Shown: piece by piece, positions 1 through 9,667 of the stretch
Layout of the letters: every line of letters starts with the position of its first letter
Numbering within the stretch: the stretch's first letter is position 1
Notes under the pieces: model-generated
Databases searched by the model: none
The model's input: the letters and a program-made list of their open reading frames with translations, nothing else
Told to the model about the DNA's origin: nothing
Translations under genes and position numbers: made by a program
Origin: Myxococcota bacterium
Lineage (GTDB): Bacteria; Myxococcota_A; Polyangia; Polyangiales; Houyiibacteriaceae
DNA: 64,000 bases
Reading direction: 5' to 3'
Assembly (NCBI GenBank): GCA_039030515.1
Contig: JBCCEA010000007.1
Location: 32,001 to 96,000, forward strand

Positions 1-14
1 GCTCGGATTGAGCT

Positions 15-1715
15 CTACGGCTCGAGCAGTCTTCGAGCGACGACGTGCGCCTGAATTTCGTTCGCTCCTTCAAAGATCGACAGCACTCGGGCGTCTACCA
101 GCAGTCTCGACGCCAGATACTCTTCCGCGTAGCCGTTGCCGCCGTGTATTTGCACATTTGCATCAGCACACTCCCAGGCTGCTCTGGTAGCGAGGAGCTT
201 CGCCATTCCTGCCTCGAGATCACAGCGTTTCTCTTGGTCTTTCTGTCTCGCCGAGAAATAGGTCAGCTGCCTTGCTGCGTGGGTTCTTTTGACCATTCCG
301 GCAATTTTGTTTGCGACCCGAGGAAACTCCAAAATCGGACGGCCGAACTGGGTTCGTTCATTTGCATACCGAATGGCATCTACAAGAGCAGCCTGCGCCA
401 GACCGACGCCTCGGGCCGCGGTTTGGATGCGCGCGCTTTCAAATGTGCGCATCAACTGCTTGAAACCAGCGCCTTCCTCGCCTCCGAGCAGAGCAGACTG
501 CGGCACTTGAAAATCATCGAAGGAAAGCTCGTATTCTTTCATCCCTCGATACCCTAGGACTTTGATTTCAGTGCCGCTGAGGCCTGGGTCTACAAACTCA
601 GGTTCGCCTGGTTCACCAGTCCCGCGCGTTTTTTCCGCAAGGAGCATGGAGAGACCTCCGTAGCCACGATCCTCCGGATCGGTTCGTGCCATCAGCGTCA
701 TCAGATCCGCACGGACTCCGTGGGTGATCCAGGTTTTCTGTCCGAAGATTCGGTAGGTGCCATCTGGACTTTTTTCTGCTCTTGTGACGATATGCGCCAG
801 GTCTGAACCGAAGTTGGGTTCAGTAAATACCGCTGTAGGCAACACTTTGCCGGTGGCGATCGCTGGAAGCCAGTGCGACTTTTGCTCGGCGGTTCCTCCG
901 CCTAAGATCAGCTCCGCTGCGATTTCTGCTCGCGTGCCGAGGGATCCGACGCCGATGTAGCCACGAGAAAGTTCCTCGGTGACGACACACATGGCGACTT
1001 TGCCAAGGCCCAATCCCTCATACTCTTCTGGAATCGTGAGTCCGAACACACCCAGCTCGCTCATCTGGTCCAGGAGACCGAGCGGGATAAGGACGTCTTT
1101 GCGGTGAATCTCCTGAGCGATGGGGACCACTTCCCGGTCGACGAAGGTCGCAAACTGAGCGCGGATCTCTTCGAGTGTTTCGTCTTGAAGTCCGAAGCTC
1201 CCGGTAGCCTCTTCGTGAACTCTCTTGGCGATGGTGAGATTTGCCTCCGTACCGCCGAATTCCTTGATGAACAAAAGGGTGTCGTTCGAAAGCAGGGTGT
1301 CCTCTAGATCGCGCTGTCCGAGCTCAAGATCCTCAAGCGAGACATGTTCGCACGCGCCGATGTCGACTCCGCTGCGGAGCTTTCGCGCCACTTCGGCAAT
1401 GTAGGAGCGTGCGACCAGTGTTTCAAAAGGATCCTCTGCCTGGCCTGCCCAGTGGCTCATCTGCCTGCAGCTCTCTAGTTCTGTCGCCAGATAGCTGAGC
1501 GCATGTGCGGGTGCCTGCAGTTCATTGAGCGCTTTGCCGCTCACGGTCGGACGATCCGAATTTTTGGACGAGTCGCCCGCTATTAGAACACGTGCACGGA
1601 GCTTGTCTCGCGCTCGCTGGTACAGGGTTTCAATGGCTTCAACAACGGGCTGCATTGGGGTTCTCACTATCGGGTTGACGTCTCGGCCGGATTCGCATGT
1701 CGGTGAGGCGCGCAC
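15..1715 (-). CDS. mcd: acyl-CoA dehydrogenase, probably (2S)-methylsuccinyl-CoA dehydrogenase (true start may be 1667 or 1655)
   Basis: ACAD motifs (FTEPNFGSD, GQKTWIT, QIHGGNGY, IFEGANEIQ), long N-terminal extension, EELSRGYIGVGSLGTR and VLGYRGMKEYELSFD segments typical of Mcd; divergent from ecm. Confidence 0.85.
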   Translation of the reverse strand: MRASPTCESGRDVNPIVRTPMQPVVEAIETLYQRARDKLRARVLIAGDSSKNSDRPTVSGKALNELQAPAHALSYLATELESCRQMSHWAGQAEDPFETLVARSYIAEVARKLRSGVDIGACEHVSLEDLELGQRDLEDTLLSNDTLLFIKEFGGTEANLTIAKRVHEEATGSFGLQDETLEEIRAQFATFVDREVVPIAQEIHRKDVLIPLGLLDQMSELGVFGLTIPEEYEGLGLGKVAMCVVTEELSRGYIGVGSLGTRAEIAAELILGGGTAEQKSHWLPAIATGKVLPTAVFTEPNFGSDLAHIVTRAEKSPDGTYRIFGQKTWITHGVRADLMTLMARTDPEDRGYGGLSMLLAEKTRGTGEPGEPEFVDPGLSGTEIKVLGYRGMKEYELSFDDFQVPQSALLGGEEGAGFKQLMRTFESARIQTAARGVGLAQAALVDAIRYANERTQFGRPILEFPRVANKIAGMVKRTHAARQLTYFSARQKDQEKRCDLEAGMAKLLATRAAWECADANVQIHGGNGYAEEYLASRLLVDARVLSIFEGANEIQAHVVARRLLEP

Positions 1716-1942
1716 TTAGAGCGCATTATAAAGACGCGATTTGGGTCTGTGGCAAGAGCAACTGTGGGGTCAGACCGGTCGAGGTGCCAGCTTTCGGATC
1801 GCGGGCGCCAATCTGATGCGTTCAATTAATTCGGCTCGCCTGGGGCGATCGGTAGGCCTTGGTGATCGACGCCCCGAGGAGGGCGTGACTCGTTGTCCCG
1901 CTGTGCTTGGCGAGAACAGGGCTTCTGAGGTACATCGGGTTC

Positions 1943-3949
1943 ATGACACACCGTGCGCAGGAAACTCGGGATCGACCCTGGATCATGAGAACCTATGCGG
2001 GTCACAGCACCGCCAGAGCATCCAACGCACTTTACCGCACCAACCTCGAAAAAGGGCAGACGGGACTTAGCGTGGCCTTCGATTTGCCAACGCAGACGGG
2101 ATACGATCCCGATCATCCGCTTGCCCGAGGAGAGGTCGGCAAGGTCGGCGTTCCGATAACGCACCTCGGTGATATGCGTGCGCTCTTCGACTCCATCCCG
2201 CTCGAAGAGATGAATACTTCGATGACCATCAACGCGACTGCGCCATGGCTCCTCGCGATGTACATCGCGTTGGCGGAGGAGCGCGGCGTCGACCCGCGGA
2301 CGCTGCGGGGAACCACTCAGAACGACATCGTCAAGGAGTACCTATCGCGAGGGACGTATATCTTTCCCCCGCAGCATTCCATGCGGCTCATCACCGATGT
2401 GGTGATCTACACCGTGGAACACGTGCCTCGCTGGAACCCCATCAATATCTGTAGCTATCACCTGCAAGAAGCGGGTGCGACGCCTACTCAGGAACTCGCT
2501 TACGCTTTGGTGACCGCGATCGGGGTGCTCGATGCGGTGCAGGCGACCGGGCAGATCTCTGAGCCACGCTTTGAGCAGGTGTTCGGGCGCCTTTCTTTTT
2601 TTGTCAATGCCGGCATTCGCTTTGTGGAAGAGCTTTGCAAAATGCGGGCGTTCGTGGAGCTTTGGTCCCGCGTCGCCGAGCAGCGTTACGGTGTGAAAGA
2701 AGAGAAGTTCCGCAGGTTTCGTTACGGGATTCAGGTGAACTCGCTCGGACTTACCGAGCAGCAGCCAGAAAACAATATCATCCGCATCGTGCTCGAGATG
2801 CTTGCGGTGACCCTGAGCAAGGATGCCCGGGCTCGGGCAATTCAATTGCCGGCATGGAACGAAGCTCTGGGCCTGCCGAGATCCTGGGATCAGCAGTGGT
2901 CCCTTCGCGCCCAGCAGATCCTCGCGTTTGAAACCGATTTGCTCGAGTACGGAGACCTGTTTCGTGGAAGTCATGTCGTCGAAGCAAAGACCCAAGCGCT
3001 GGTGGACTCCGCTTGGGAGGAGGTAGTGCACGTACTCGACCAGGGCGGGGCCATCGAGGCAGTGGAGTCGGGGTACGTCAAGCAGCGACTGGTCGAGTCC
3101 AACGCCGTGCGGCTTCAGGCGATCGAGTCCGGGGCTCAGACGGTAGTCGGCGTCAACGCGTACACGACGTCGGAGCAGAGCCCCCTCACGGCGGATCTGA
3201 GCAGGGCGTTTCTCAGCGTGGATCCGGAAGTAGAGCGCGCTCAGATTCAGTCGGTCAACGATTGGAAAACAAAGCGCGATGCAGCGGCCGTTCGTGAAGC
3301 GCTCGGGGGGTTGAGACATGCGGCGGAGTCGGGTGAGAACATCATGCCGGCGTCTATTCAGGCGGCCCACGCGGGGGTGACCACCGGAGAGTGGGCGTTT
3401 GCTTTGCGTGAGGTGTTTGGTGAGTATCGAGCGCCGACCGGGGTGGGTAGCGCTCATGTCGCCTCGCGCGGCGCGGTGGAAGATTCCCTTCACCGGTTGC
3501 GGCGGCGGCTTGATGACGTCGAGCATCGGATCGGACGAAGACCCAAGATGCTGGTCGGAAAACCTGGCCTGGACGGTCACAGCAACGGTGCAGAACAGAT
3601 CGCGCTTCTCGCTAGAGATGTTGGATTCGAGGTCGTGTACGAGGGCATTCGAGTGACTCCAGAGCAGATCGCGGCGAGTGCGGTGGAGGAGGGCGTGCAT
3701 CTGGTGGGGCTTTCCATCCTCTCCGGTGGCCATCTTGCCGTGGTTCCTGAGATTCTCCGTCTCCTTCGCGAGGCAGGACGTCCTGACCTTCCGGTGGTGG
3801 TCGGCGGTATCATTCCCGATCGCGATGCTGCTCGGCTGCGCGAGGCTGGGGTGGCCGCGGTGTACACGCCTAAAGACTTCGCTCTTTCGTCCATCATGGA
3901 AGCCCTGGTCTCGCTGGTAGATGAAGGGCAGCAGCACAGCGCATCGTGA
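1943..3949 (+). CDS. ecm: ethylmalonyl-CoA mutase (B12-dependent, MeaA/Ecm)
   Basis: N-terminal RDRPWIMRTYAGHS...GLSVAFDLPTQTGYD; C-terminal cobalamin-binding GKPGLDGHSNG; ATG at 1943. Confidence 0.92.
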   Translation: MTHRAQETRDRPWIMRTYAGHSTARASNALYRTNLEKGQTGLSVAFDLPTQTGYDPDHPLARGEVGKVGVPITHLGDMRALFDSIPLEEMNTSMTINATAPWLLAMYIALAEERGVDPRTLRGTTQNDIVKEYLSRGTYIFPPQHSMRLITDVVIYTVEHVPRWNPINICSYHLQEAGATPTQELAYALVTAIGVLDAVQATGQISEPRFEQVFGRLSFFVNAGIRFVEELCKMRAFVELWSRVAEQRYGVKEEKFRRFRYGIQVNSLGLTEQQPENNIIRIVLEMLAVTLSKDARARAIQLPAWNEALGLPRSWDQQWSLRAQQILAFETDLLEYGDLFRGSHVVEAKTQALVDSAWEEVVHVLDQGGAIEAVESGYVKQRLVESNAVRLQAIESGAQTVVGVNAYTTSEQSPLTADLSRAFLSVDPEVERAQIQSVNDWKTKRDAAAVREALGGLRHAAESGENIMPASIQAAHAGVTTGEWAFALREVFGEYRAPTGVGSAHVASRGAVEDSLHRLRRRLDDVEHRIGRRPKMLVGKPGLDGHSNGAEQIALLARDVGFEVVYEGIRVTPEQIAASAVEEGVHLVGLSILSGGHLAVVPEILRLLREAGRPDLPVVVGGIIPDRDAARLREAGVAAVYTPKDFALSSIMEALVSLVDEGQQHSAS

Positions 3950-4968
3950 CGAGAGATCTCAAACACGTCCTCGCCGGTCTCCGAGCCCGTGATAAGGCCT
4001 CGGTCGCTCAGGTTCTCAACTGGGTCGAGGACCGACGGTTTGCGGCGCAGTCGCGTGTACAGGAGCTACTCGATCGTCTTTGTCGAGAGCACGGCGATGG
4101 GGCAGAAGATGAAGGACTCCGGATCGGTCTCACGGGACCTCCAGGCGTGGGCAAGAGCTCTCTTGTGGCACGCCTCGGCTGCGCTTATCGACAAGCCGGT
4201 CGATCGGTGGCGGTGGTCGCGATCGATCCCACCAGTGTCGTTTCTGGCGGGGCGCTTTTGGGTGATCGCGCTCGCATGGAGTTTGATCCGCGCGATCGAG
4301 ACTGCTTTATGCGCTCACTGAGCACGCGCGGTCACGCTGGAGGGCTATCCTATGCGGTTCACAGCGCGGTGCAGATCTTGGCCTCGGCTTTTGACGTCGT
4401 TTTGGTGGAAACGACAGGAGTGGGCCAAAACGAGACCGACATCATTCACATCGCCGACACCGTAGTGCTGGTGGTCCAGCCGGGCGGCGGCGACACGCTG
4501 CAGTTCCTCAAGGCGGGAGTGATGGAGATTCCGGATCTCTTCGTGGTCAATAAGGCCGATGAGACCAAGCTCGCGCAACGTGCACTCAGCGATCTCAAAT
4601 CCGCGCTGCACACTTTGGCGGCGGTAGGCTCCTTCTCAGGGGCGCCGCCTCAGGCGATCTCGACCAGTGCGCGCCATGGAGACGGGATTGAGGACTTGAT
4701 GAACGCGATCTCCGCTCATCGTGAAGGTCTCGGCGACAAAGGGCGAAGCCACCGTCGTCAGCAAGGGGACCTTGCGTGGTCTTTTTCCCTCTTCTTGAGA
4801 GATTTCGGGGTTTTTGGGATGAATCAGCTCGGTGGTCAGGAGGTGGTCAAGCGACTCCTGCATGAGGGGCTTGTTCGTGGTTCGTCCCCGCCGGCGGTTG
4901 TAGATACGCTCGGCTCCGCCTTGCTTCGAGCGATTCGAGACCCTGACTTCCAGCGCCACCGCGTATGA
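3946..4968 (+). CDS. meaB: MeaB/ArgK G-protein chaperone of B12 mutase
   Basis: GLTGPPGVGKS, DPTS..SGGALLGDRARM, ETTGVGQNE, NKAD; GTGA overlap with ecm. Confidence 0.93.
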   Translation: MTRDLKHVLAGLRARDKASVAQVLNWVEDRRFAAQSRVQELLDRLCREHGDGAEDEGLRIGLTGPPGVGKSSLVARLGCAYRQAGRSVAVVAIDPTSVVSGGALLGDRARMEFDPRDRDCFMRSLSTRGHAGGLSYAVHSAVQILASAFDVVLVETTGVGQNETDIIHIADTVVLVVQPGGGDTLQFLKAGVMEIPDLFVVNKADETKLAQRALSDLKSALHTLAAVGSFSGAPPQAISTSARHGDGIEDLMNAISAHREGLGDKGRSHRRQQGDLAWSFSLFLRDFGVFGMNQLGGQEVVKRLLHEGLVRGSSPPAVVDTLGSALLRAIRDPDFQRHRV

Positions 4969-5018
4969 AATGCCAGCGCTACCGCGTATGAAATGCCAGC
5001 GCTACCGTGTATGAAGTC
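4950..5018. repeat. 23-bp tandem repeat x3 spanning the meaB stop codon
   Basis: ccagcgccaccgcgtatgaaatg / ccagcgctaccgcgtatgaaatg / ccagcgctaccgtgtatgaagtc. Confidence 0.9.
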
Positions 5019-5030
5019 CGCCGACCGAAT

Positions 5031-7154
5031 CTAGTTTCCGTCGATCGCTGCACGGATATCGCTACGGTCTGCGTCCAGCGAAAACACGGGAGGTTGTCCG
5101 ATCGGCGCTTCAACGGTGTGCCAGCCTGGCCCGTCTAGCGCAGTTCCCGAAGGGATGTGGAACCAGGTGCCCGAGGGCAGGTACACGTCACGGGCGGTGG
5201 CTCCCTCTTCGAGTACCGGTGCGACAAGAAGTGAGGGGCCGAGGAGAAACTGATCGTCGATACCCCACGCGACTTGATCTTCTGGATACGCGAGCATCAG
5301 GTGGCGAACGATCGGAGTGGAAGTCTCGGTGGACTCCAGTGCGAGTTGATAAAGCTCATCCCGGATGACGCCATGCACCGTTGCGAAGCGCCGAAAGTGT
5401 TCGATGGTTTCCTCGTCGGAGTTCCAATCCCAGTTTGTTTCACGCCTCAAGCCTTCGTGCGTACGAAAAAACGGGGTAAACGCTGCGAGCTCGGTCCACC
5501 TCAAGAACGCTTCTTTTTCTCTCGGTCCGCCGCTGAATCCTCCGATGTCGTGGGTGACCATCGATACCCCGCTTATCCCGAGGTTGAGCATCGCGGGAAT
5601 CACCGTCGGTAGACCGTCGCTGGTGCTGAAGTCGACTTCTTGATCGCCGATCCAGACGATCTGAGCCACACCTTGCTCGTAGGCCCAGCCCGACCTCGAG
5701 AACATCACCCAGTCCCCGTCCGGGTTTGCTGCCTGAAGGGCGTCCCGAGAAAGCTCATGCCAGTCGCTCGGATATCGGTTGTGGTAGTGGTCTGCGCGTC
5801 TCCCGTCGGAAAGTACGGCATCCGGCGGCAGCCACTCGCCAAAATCAGCCATCCACCCGTCCATTCCCAGGTCGAGGGCCATCCCCTCCAGGAAACTTGA
5901 GACGTAGGCGCGACTCTCCGCGCTTGTGAGGTCCGGATGGCCGGCGGGTCCATTGGGGCTCGTGACAAGCGCCACTTCACCCTCTTCGTTTTTAGCGAGT
6001 AGCCCGCTCGCTTCCATAGCCGGGTAGTGATCTTTGTATGCCTCGACCACAAAGGGATTGGCATACCCGAGAAATCGCGTTCCCCCGGCGTGAAGCTCGG
6101 CGATCATTTCTCGAAGGTTCGGGTACAAGATCTCCTCATCGCTTACCCAGCGGTACTGCACCCCGAAGTTGCCCAGCCCAAACTTGCGCCGTCCGGACCA
6201 GTCTTGCGCCCAGAGCGCGCTGTAGGGAATCCCGGCTTCATCGAGCGCATCGGCCTCGTCGAGAACCGCTTGTCTTCCGCCTTGCACCGCGATCCAGGGT
6301 TCGAATGCCCAAAGGGGCGGGGCACTGGGGCGGCCTAGCGTGGCGCCCAGCTGATCGATCACGTCCATCGGCGTTGGACCGTGAAACACGACGAGCGAAA
6401 GGCGCTGCCCGTCTTCGACTTCAAGCTCGGTGATCTCAGGGTCTGTCTGGCACAGGTCCACTAGGGTTCGCGCGTCGGTATCGATGAGTATTCCGAAACC
6501 CCGAGCGTCGAGCCAATAAGGTACCGGGAAATAGGTTGTGTGCGGGCTGCCCACGATGAACGCTGGATCGGACGAAGAGCTGGTTCGGGTGATGCCCTGT
6601 TCTTCTACCCATAGCGGGAACGCTTCCCCACGTTGATCCGCAGAGTTGTACTGGGCGCCGAATCCAAAAAACGTGGCTTCCGGTTCGCAAACCAAGCCAA
6701 TCTCGAGGCTGTTTGCGACTTCGGAACGCTCGACGAGCCAGGTTAGACGGGTCGAATTGGCAGTGGGTCCAGCTTCGATCGAGAGGGTGCCGCGGGTGCC
6801 CTCTGCGCCTCGGAGCGGCAGCTGGAAGCTCCCGTCGGCCGTTTTTCTCACGCTCGATCCCATGCTGAGCTCGGTGTCCGCCTCGTCCGAACGACGAAAT
6901 CGATAGGAGCCCACGGCGCTGGTGACGGTTTGTTCAAACCGCCTGCTCGTCGGTACGCTTGAAGCCGAGGTTTGCAGGAGTATCCGGTCGCCCACCATAA
7001 GACTCAAAGAGCCGTCTGGATGCACGATCGCCTCGGCATCACCCACTTCAATGCGTGGTTCGGAGTCATCCCCACATGCGATCGTCAAGCTCAGTCCAGC
7101 GAGCACTAGGGTACGGGCGAGGTGGCTTGTTCGCCACAGCTGTTTTTGAAACAC
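5031..7154 (-). CDS. GH31 alpha-glycosidase, YihQ-like, predicted lipoprotein
   Basis: WAQDW, nucleophile motif GWMADFGEWLP, WIGDQ, HDIGGF, RTHEG, DQFLLG; lipobox-like LTIA-C. Confidence 0.88.
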   Translation of the reverse strand: MFQKQLWRTSHLARTLVLAGLSLTIACGDDSEPRIEVGDAEAIVHPDGSLSLMVGDRILLQTSASSVPTSRRFEQTVTSAVGSYRFRRSDEADTELSMGSSVRKTADGSFQLPLRGAEGTRGTLSIEAGPTANSTRLTWLVERSEVANSLEIGLVCEPEATFFGFGAQYNSADQRGEAFPLWVEEQGITRTSSSSDPAFIVGSPHTTYFPVPYWLDARGFGILIDTDARTLVDLCQTDPEITELEVEDGQRLSLVVFHGPTPMDVIDQLGATLGRPSAPPLWAFEPWIAVQGGRQAVLDEADALDEAGIPYSALWAQDWSGRRKFGLGNFGVQYRWVSDEEILYPNLREMIAELHAGGTRFLGYANPFVVEAYKDHYPAMEASGLLAKNEEGEVALVTSPNGPAGHPDLTSAESRAYVSSFLEGMALDLGMDGWMADFGEWLPPDAVLSDGRRADHYHNRYPSDWHELSRDALQAANPDGDWVMFSRSGWAYEQGVAQIVWIGDQEVDFSTSDGLPTVIPAMLNLGISGVSMVTHDIGGFSGGPREKEAFLRWTELAAFTPFFRTHEGLRRETNWDWNSDEETIEHFRRFATVHGVIRDELYQLALESTETSTPIVRHLMLAYPEDQVAWGIDDQFLLGPSLLVAPVLEEGATARDVYLPSGTWFHIPSGTALDGPGWHTVEAPIGQPPVFSLDADRSDIRAAIDGN

Positions 7155-7479
7155 CGATAGCCCCTAGCACGGATGATAGCAAAAGGCTCCAATCATACAT
7201 CGTAGACAGAGTTCAACTCGAGAGAAAAACAGAGGCTGGGGGGGCACAGTCTCGTTGAGGCGTGTCGTGGGGGCTCAGTAATCGGTCACGATGTGTTCAG
7301 CCGAGTTGAAGACCGAGATGAATGGTGGGAAGAATTCGCGACCCGACGCCATCGGCGCTTGGCCCCGCGAACATGCCCCTTGTGCAAACAATTCCGGGCG
7401 AGGGGCGAAGAACCCAAGTGCAAGAAGATGAAGATTTATACTTTCAATCCAATTGAGAACCCAACAAGGTGGGCGGGGC

Positions 7480-9606
7480 GTGACTGAAAAACTGGACGAA
7501 CTGAGGATACGCCTGGATCAGATCGATCGCCGCATCGTTGATTCACTGGCGGAGCGCCAGGCGGTGGTGGGGGAAGTAGCGAAGGTCAAGGTCGACGGGG
7601 CGACCGTGCTGCGCGATCCAAAGAGAGAAGAGCAGTTGCTGCGCGCGCTGTCCGAGTACGGCAAGAACGCTGGAGTCGATCGACATTTCGTAAGACGTCT
7701 GTATCGAGAAATACTCGACCACTCTTTGCGGAGTCAGCAGGTGCACCTTTCCGGAGGAGATCGGGCTTCCGAGCGGACTACGGTCGTGGTGGCCTATCAG
7801 GGCGGGGAGGGGTCCTACAGTCACCTTGCAGCGACTCGACACTTCGAAGTCCATCCAGCGAACGTCGTTTATGAGGGAAAAAAGAGTTTCGACTCTATGC
7901 TGCAGTCGGTCACCGAGGGGGAGAGTGACTTTGCGATACTGCCTATTGAAAATACGACCGCTGGTTCTATCAATGAAAGCTACGATTTACTGGCTCGAAT
8001 GAACTTGGTCATCGTCGGTGAGGAAATACAGCGTGTAGATCACTGCTTGCTGGCCATCGATGAGGTCCCCCTAAGTCATATTCGCCGAGTGTACTCGCAT
8101 CCCGTCGCGCTCGCGCAATGTGGTGGCTTTCTGAGCGCACTGAGGGAGTGTCATGTCGAAGCCTTCAACGACACCGCATTGTCGGCAGCAAAGATCAAGG
8201 AAGATCGCGACCTGTCTCAGGCTGCGATCGCCAGTGCGGAAGCTGCTCGTCTTTACGACCTAAAGATACTGCGAACCCATATCGCCGACCAAAAAGAGAA
8301 CTACACTCGAATGGTCGTTGTGTCTCGGGACCCCATCGAATTGGACCCTAGAATTCCAGCGAAGACCTCCTTGCTCTTTGCGACGCGTCACGAACACGGT
8401 GCCTTGGCCAGCTGCCTGAACATCCTGCACGAGCATGGTCTCAATATGACAAAGCTCGAGTCTCGGCCGAGACCAAATACCCCTTGGGAGTATATCTTCT
8501 ACGTGGATTTTGAAGGCAGGCTTGACGGAGTCGGCACAGGCTCAGCACTGCAGTCGCTATCCTCCGCGACTGGTTTCCTCAAGGTCCTCGGAACCTATCC
8601 GAGCCGAATTCCGAAAGAGTCCGAACCGGCAGCGATTTTCGCGCAGTCCGAGTCTCCGGAGTCGAGCTCTGCGCCGCGATCAGGGCCCGCGGCTACGCGC
8701 GCTGCGCCGGCTCGCGATGGTGGTTCCATCCGAGTCAAGGCAGGATCTCCTCGAGCTGAAGAGGGTGAGGCGCGAATCCCCGTGACCAAGCAGCCGTACC
8801 GGCTTGCCTCTCGAGTGACGCGTCTGAAAGACACTTTGATTCGATTCGGAGATGTCGAACTCGGTGGCGATGTGCCTGTGGTGATCGCGGGACCTTGCGC
8901 CGTCGAGTCCCGCGAACAGATTCAGAACTGCGCTCGAGAAGTAAAGGAACAAGGTGGCGCCATGTTGCGCGGAGGCTGCTTTAAACCGCGCACGTCCCCC
9001 TACAGCTTTCAAGGTCTAGGCTTTGAGGCACTGGATCTGCTGGAAGAAGCCGGTCGCGAATTCGGGCTGCCGATCGTCACCGAGGTACTGCACCCTGCCG
9101 ACGTGGCTCGGGTCGCCCACCAAGCGGATTTTCTCCAGATAGGCGCCCGCAATATGCAGAACTTCGCATTGCTGAAAGAAGTCGGCAGGATCGATCGACC
9201 GGTGATGCTCAAGCGTGGTCTGACCGCAACGGTGGACGAATGGTTGCAAGCAGCGGAGTACATCTTGGCTCAGGGCAATCAGAGGGTCGTTCTCTGCGAA
9301 AGAGGGATTCGGACCTTCGAACAGGCAACCCGGAACACGCTCGATCTATCGGCAGTGGTGGTCGCGAGGGAGCGCACCCATCTGCCGATCGTGGTCGATC
9401 CGAGTCACGCAGTGGGGGTCAGGCGCTGGATTCCCACTATGGCGGAGGCCTCTTTGGCGGTAGGAGCTCACGGAGTGATGCTTGAAATTCATCCGGATCC
9501 GAACTCCGCACTCAGTGATGGGCCTCAGGCGCTCACCTTTCAGGACTTCGAGTCGCTGATGAAGCGTTTGCCGTACTGCGTTCCGCCTGCGGCCAGCCTC
9601 GGTTAG
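7480..9606 (+). CDS. fused chorismate mutase / prephenate dehydratase-ACT / DAHP synthase (class I-beta)
   Basis: CM ([18 protein letters not shown]), PDT ([29 protein letters not shown]), ACT (LESRP), DAHPS ([34 protein letters not shown]); GTG at 7480. Confidence 0.92.
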   Translation: MTEKLDELRIRLDQIDRRIVDSLAERQAVVGEVAKVKVDGATVLRDPKREEQLLRALSEYGKNAGVDRHFVRRLYREILDHSLRSQQVHLSGGDRASERTTVVVAYQGGEGSYSHLAATRHFEVHPANVVYEGKKSFDSMLQSVTEGESDFAILPIENTTAGSINESYDLLARMNLVIVGEEIQRVDHCLLAIDEVPLSHIRRVYSHPVALAQCGGFLSALRECHVEAFNDTALSAAKIKEDRDLSQAAIASAEAARLYDLKILRTHIADQKENYTRMVVVSRDPIELDPRIPAKTSLLFATRHEHGALASCLNILHEHGLNMTKLESRPRPNTPWEYIFYVDFEGRLDGVGTGSALQSLSSATGFLKVLGTYPSRIPKESEPAAIFAQSESPESSSAPRSGPAATRAAPARDGGSIRVKAGSPRAEEGEARIPVTKQPYRLASRVTRLKDTLIRFGDVELGGDVPVVIAGPCAVESREQIQNCAREVKEQGGAMLRGGCFKPRTSPYSFQGLGFEALDLLEEAGREFGLPIVTEVLHPADVARVAHQADFLQIGARNMQNFALLKEVGRIDRPVMLKRGLTATVDEWLQAAEYILAQGNQRVVLCERGIRTFEQATRNTLDLSAVVVARERTHLPIVVDPSHAVGVRRWIPTMAEASLAVGAHGVMLEIHPDPNSALSDGPQALTFQDFESLMKRLPYCVPPAASLG

Positions 9607-9647
9607 GCCGGGTGCTGCGGCAGCCTCGGTTAGGCCGGGTGCTGCAG
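9594..9647. repeat. 27-bp tandem repeat x2 spanning the stop of the CM-PDT-DAHPS gene
   Basis: cagcctcggttaggccgggtgctgcgg / cagcctcggttaggccgggtgctgcag. Confidence 0.9.
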
Positions 9648-9667
9648 CTTGGCGCGTTTGCAACCTT

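Noticed and set aside
2342..3937. 531-aa antisense ORF and many other overlapping shadow ORFs
   Set aside because: They lie opposite well-supported genes, show no motifs, and are expected in GC-rich DNA
4950..5018. Possible mini-CRISPR array
   Set aside because: Repeats are directly adjacent with no spacers, and there are no cas genes in the window
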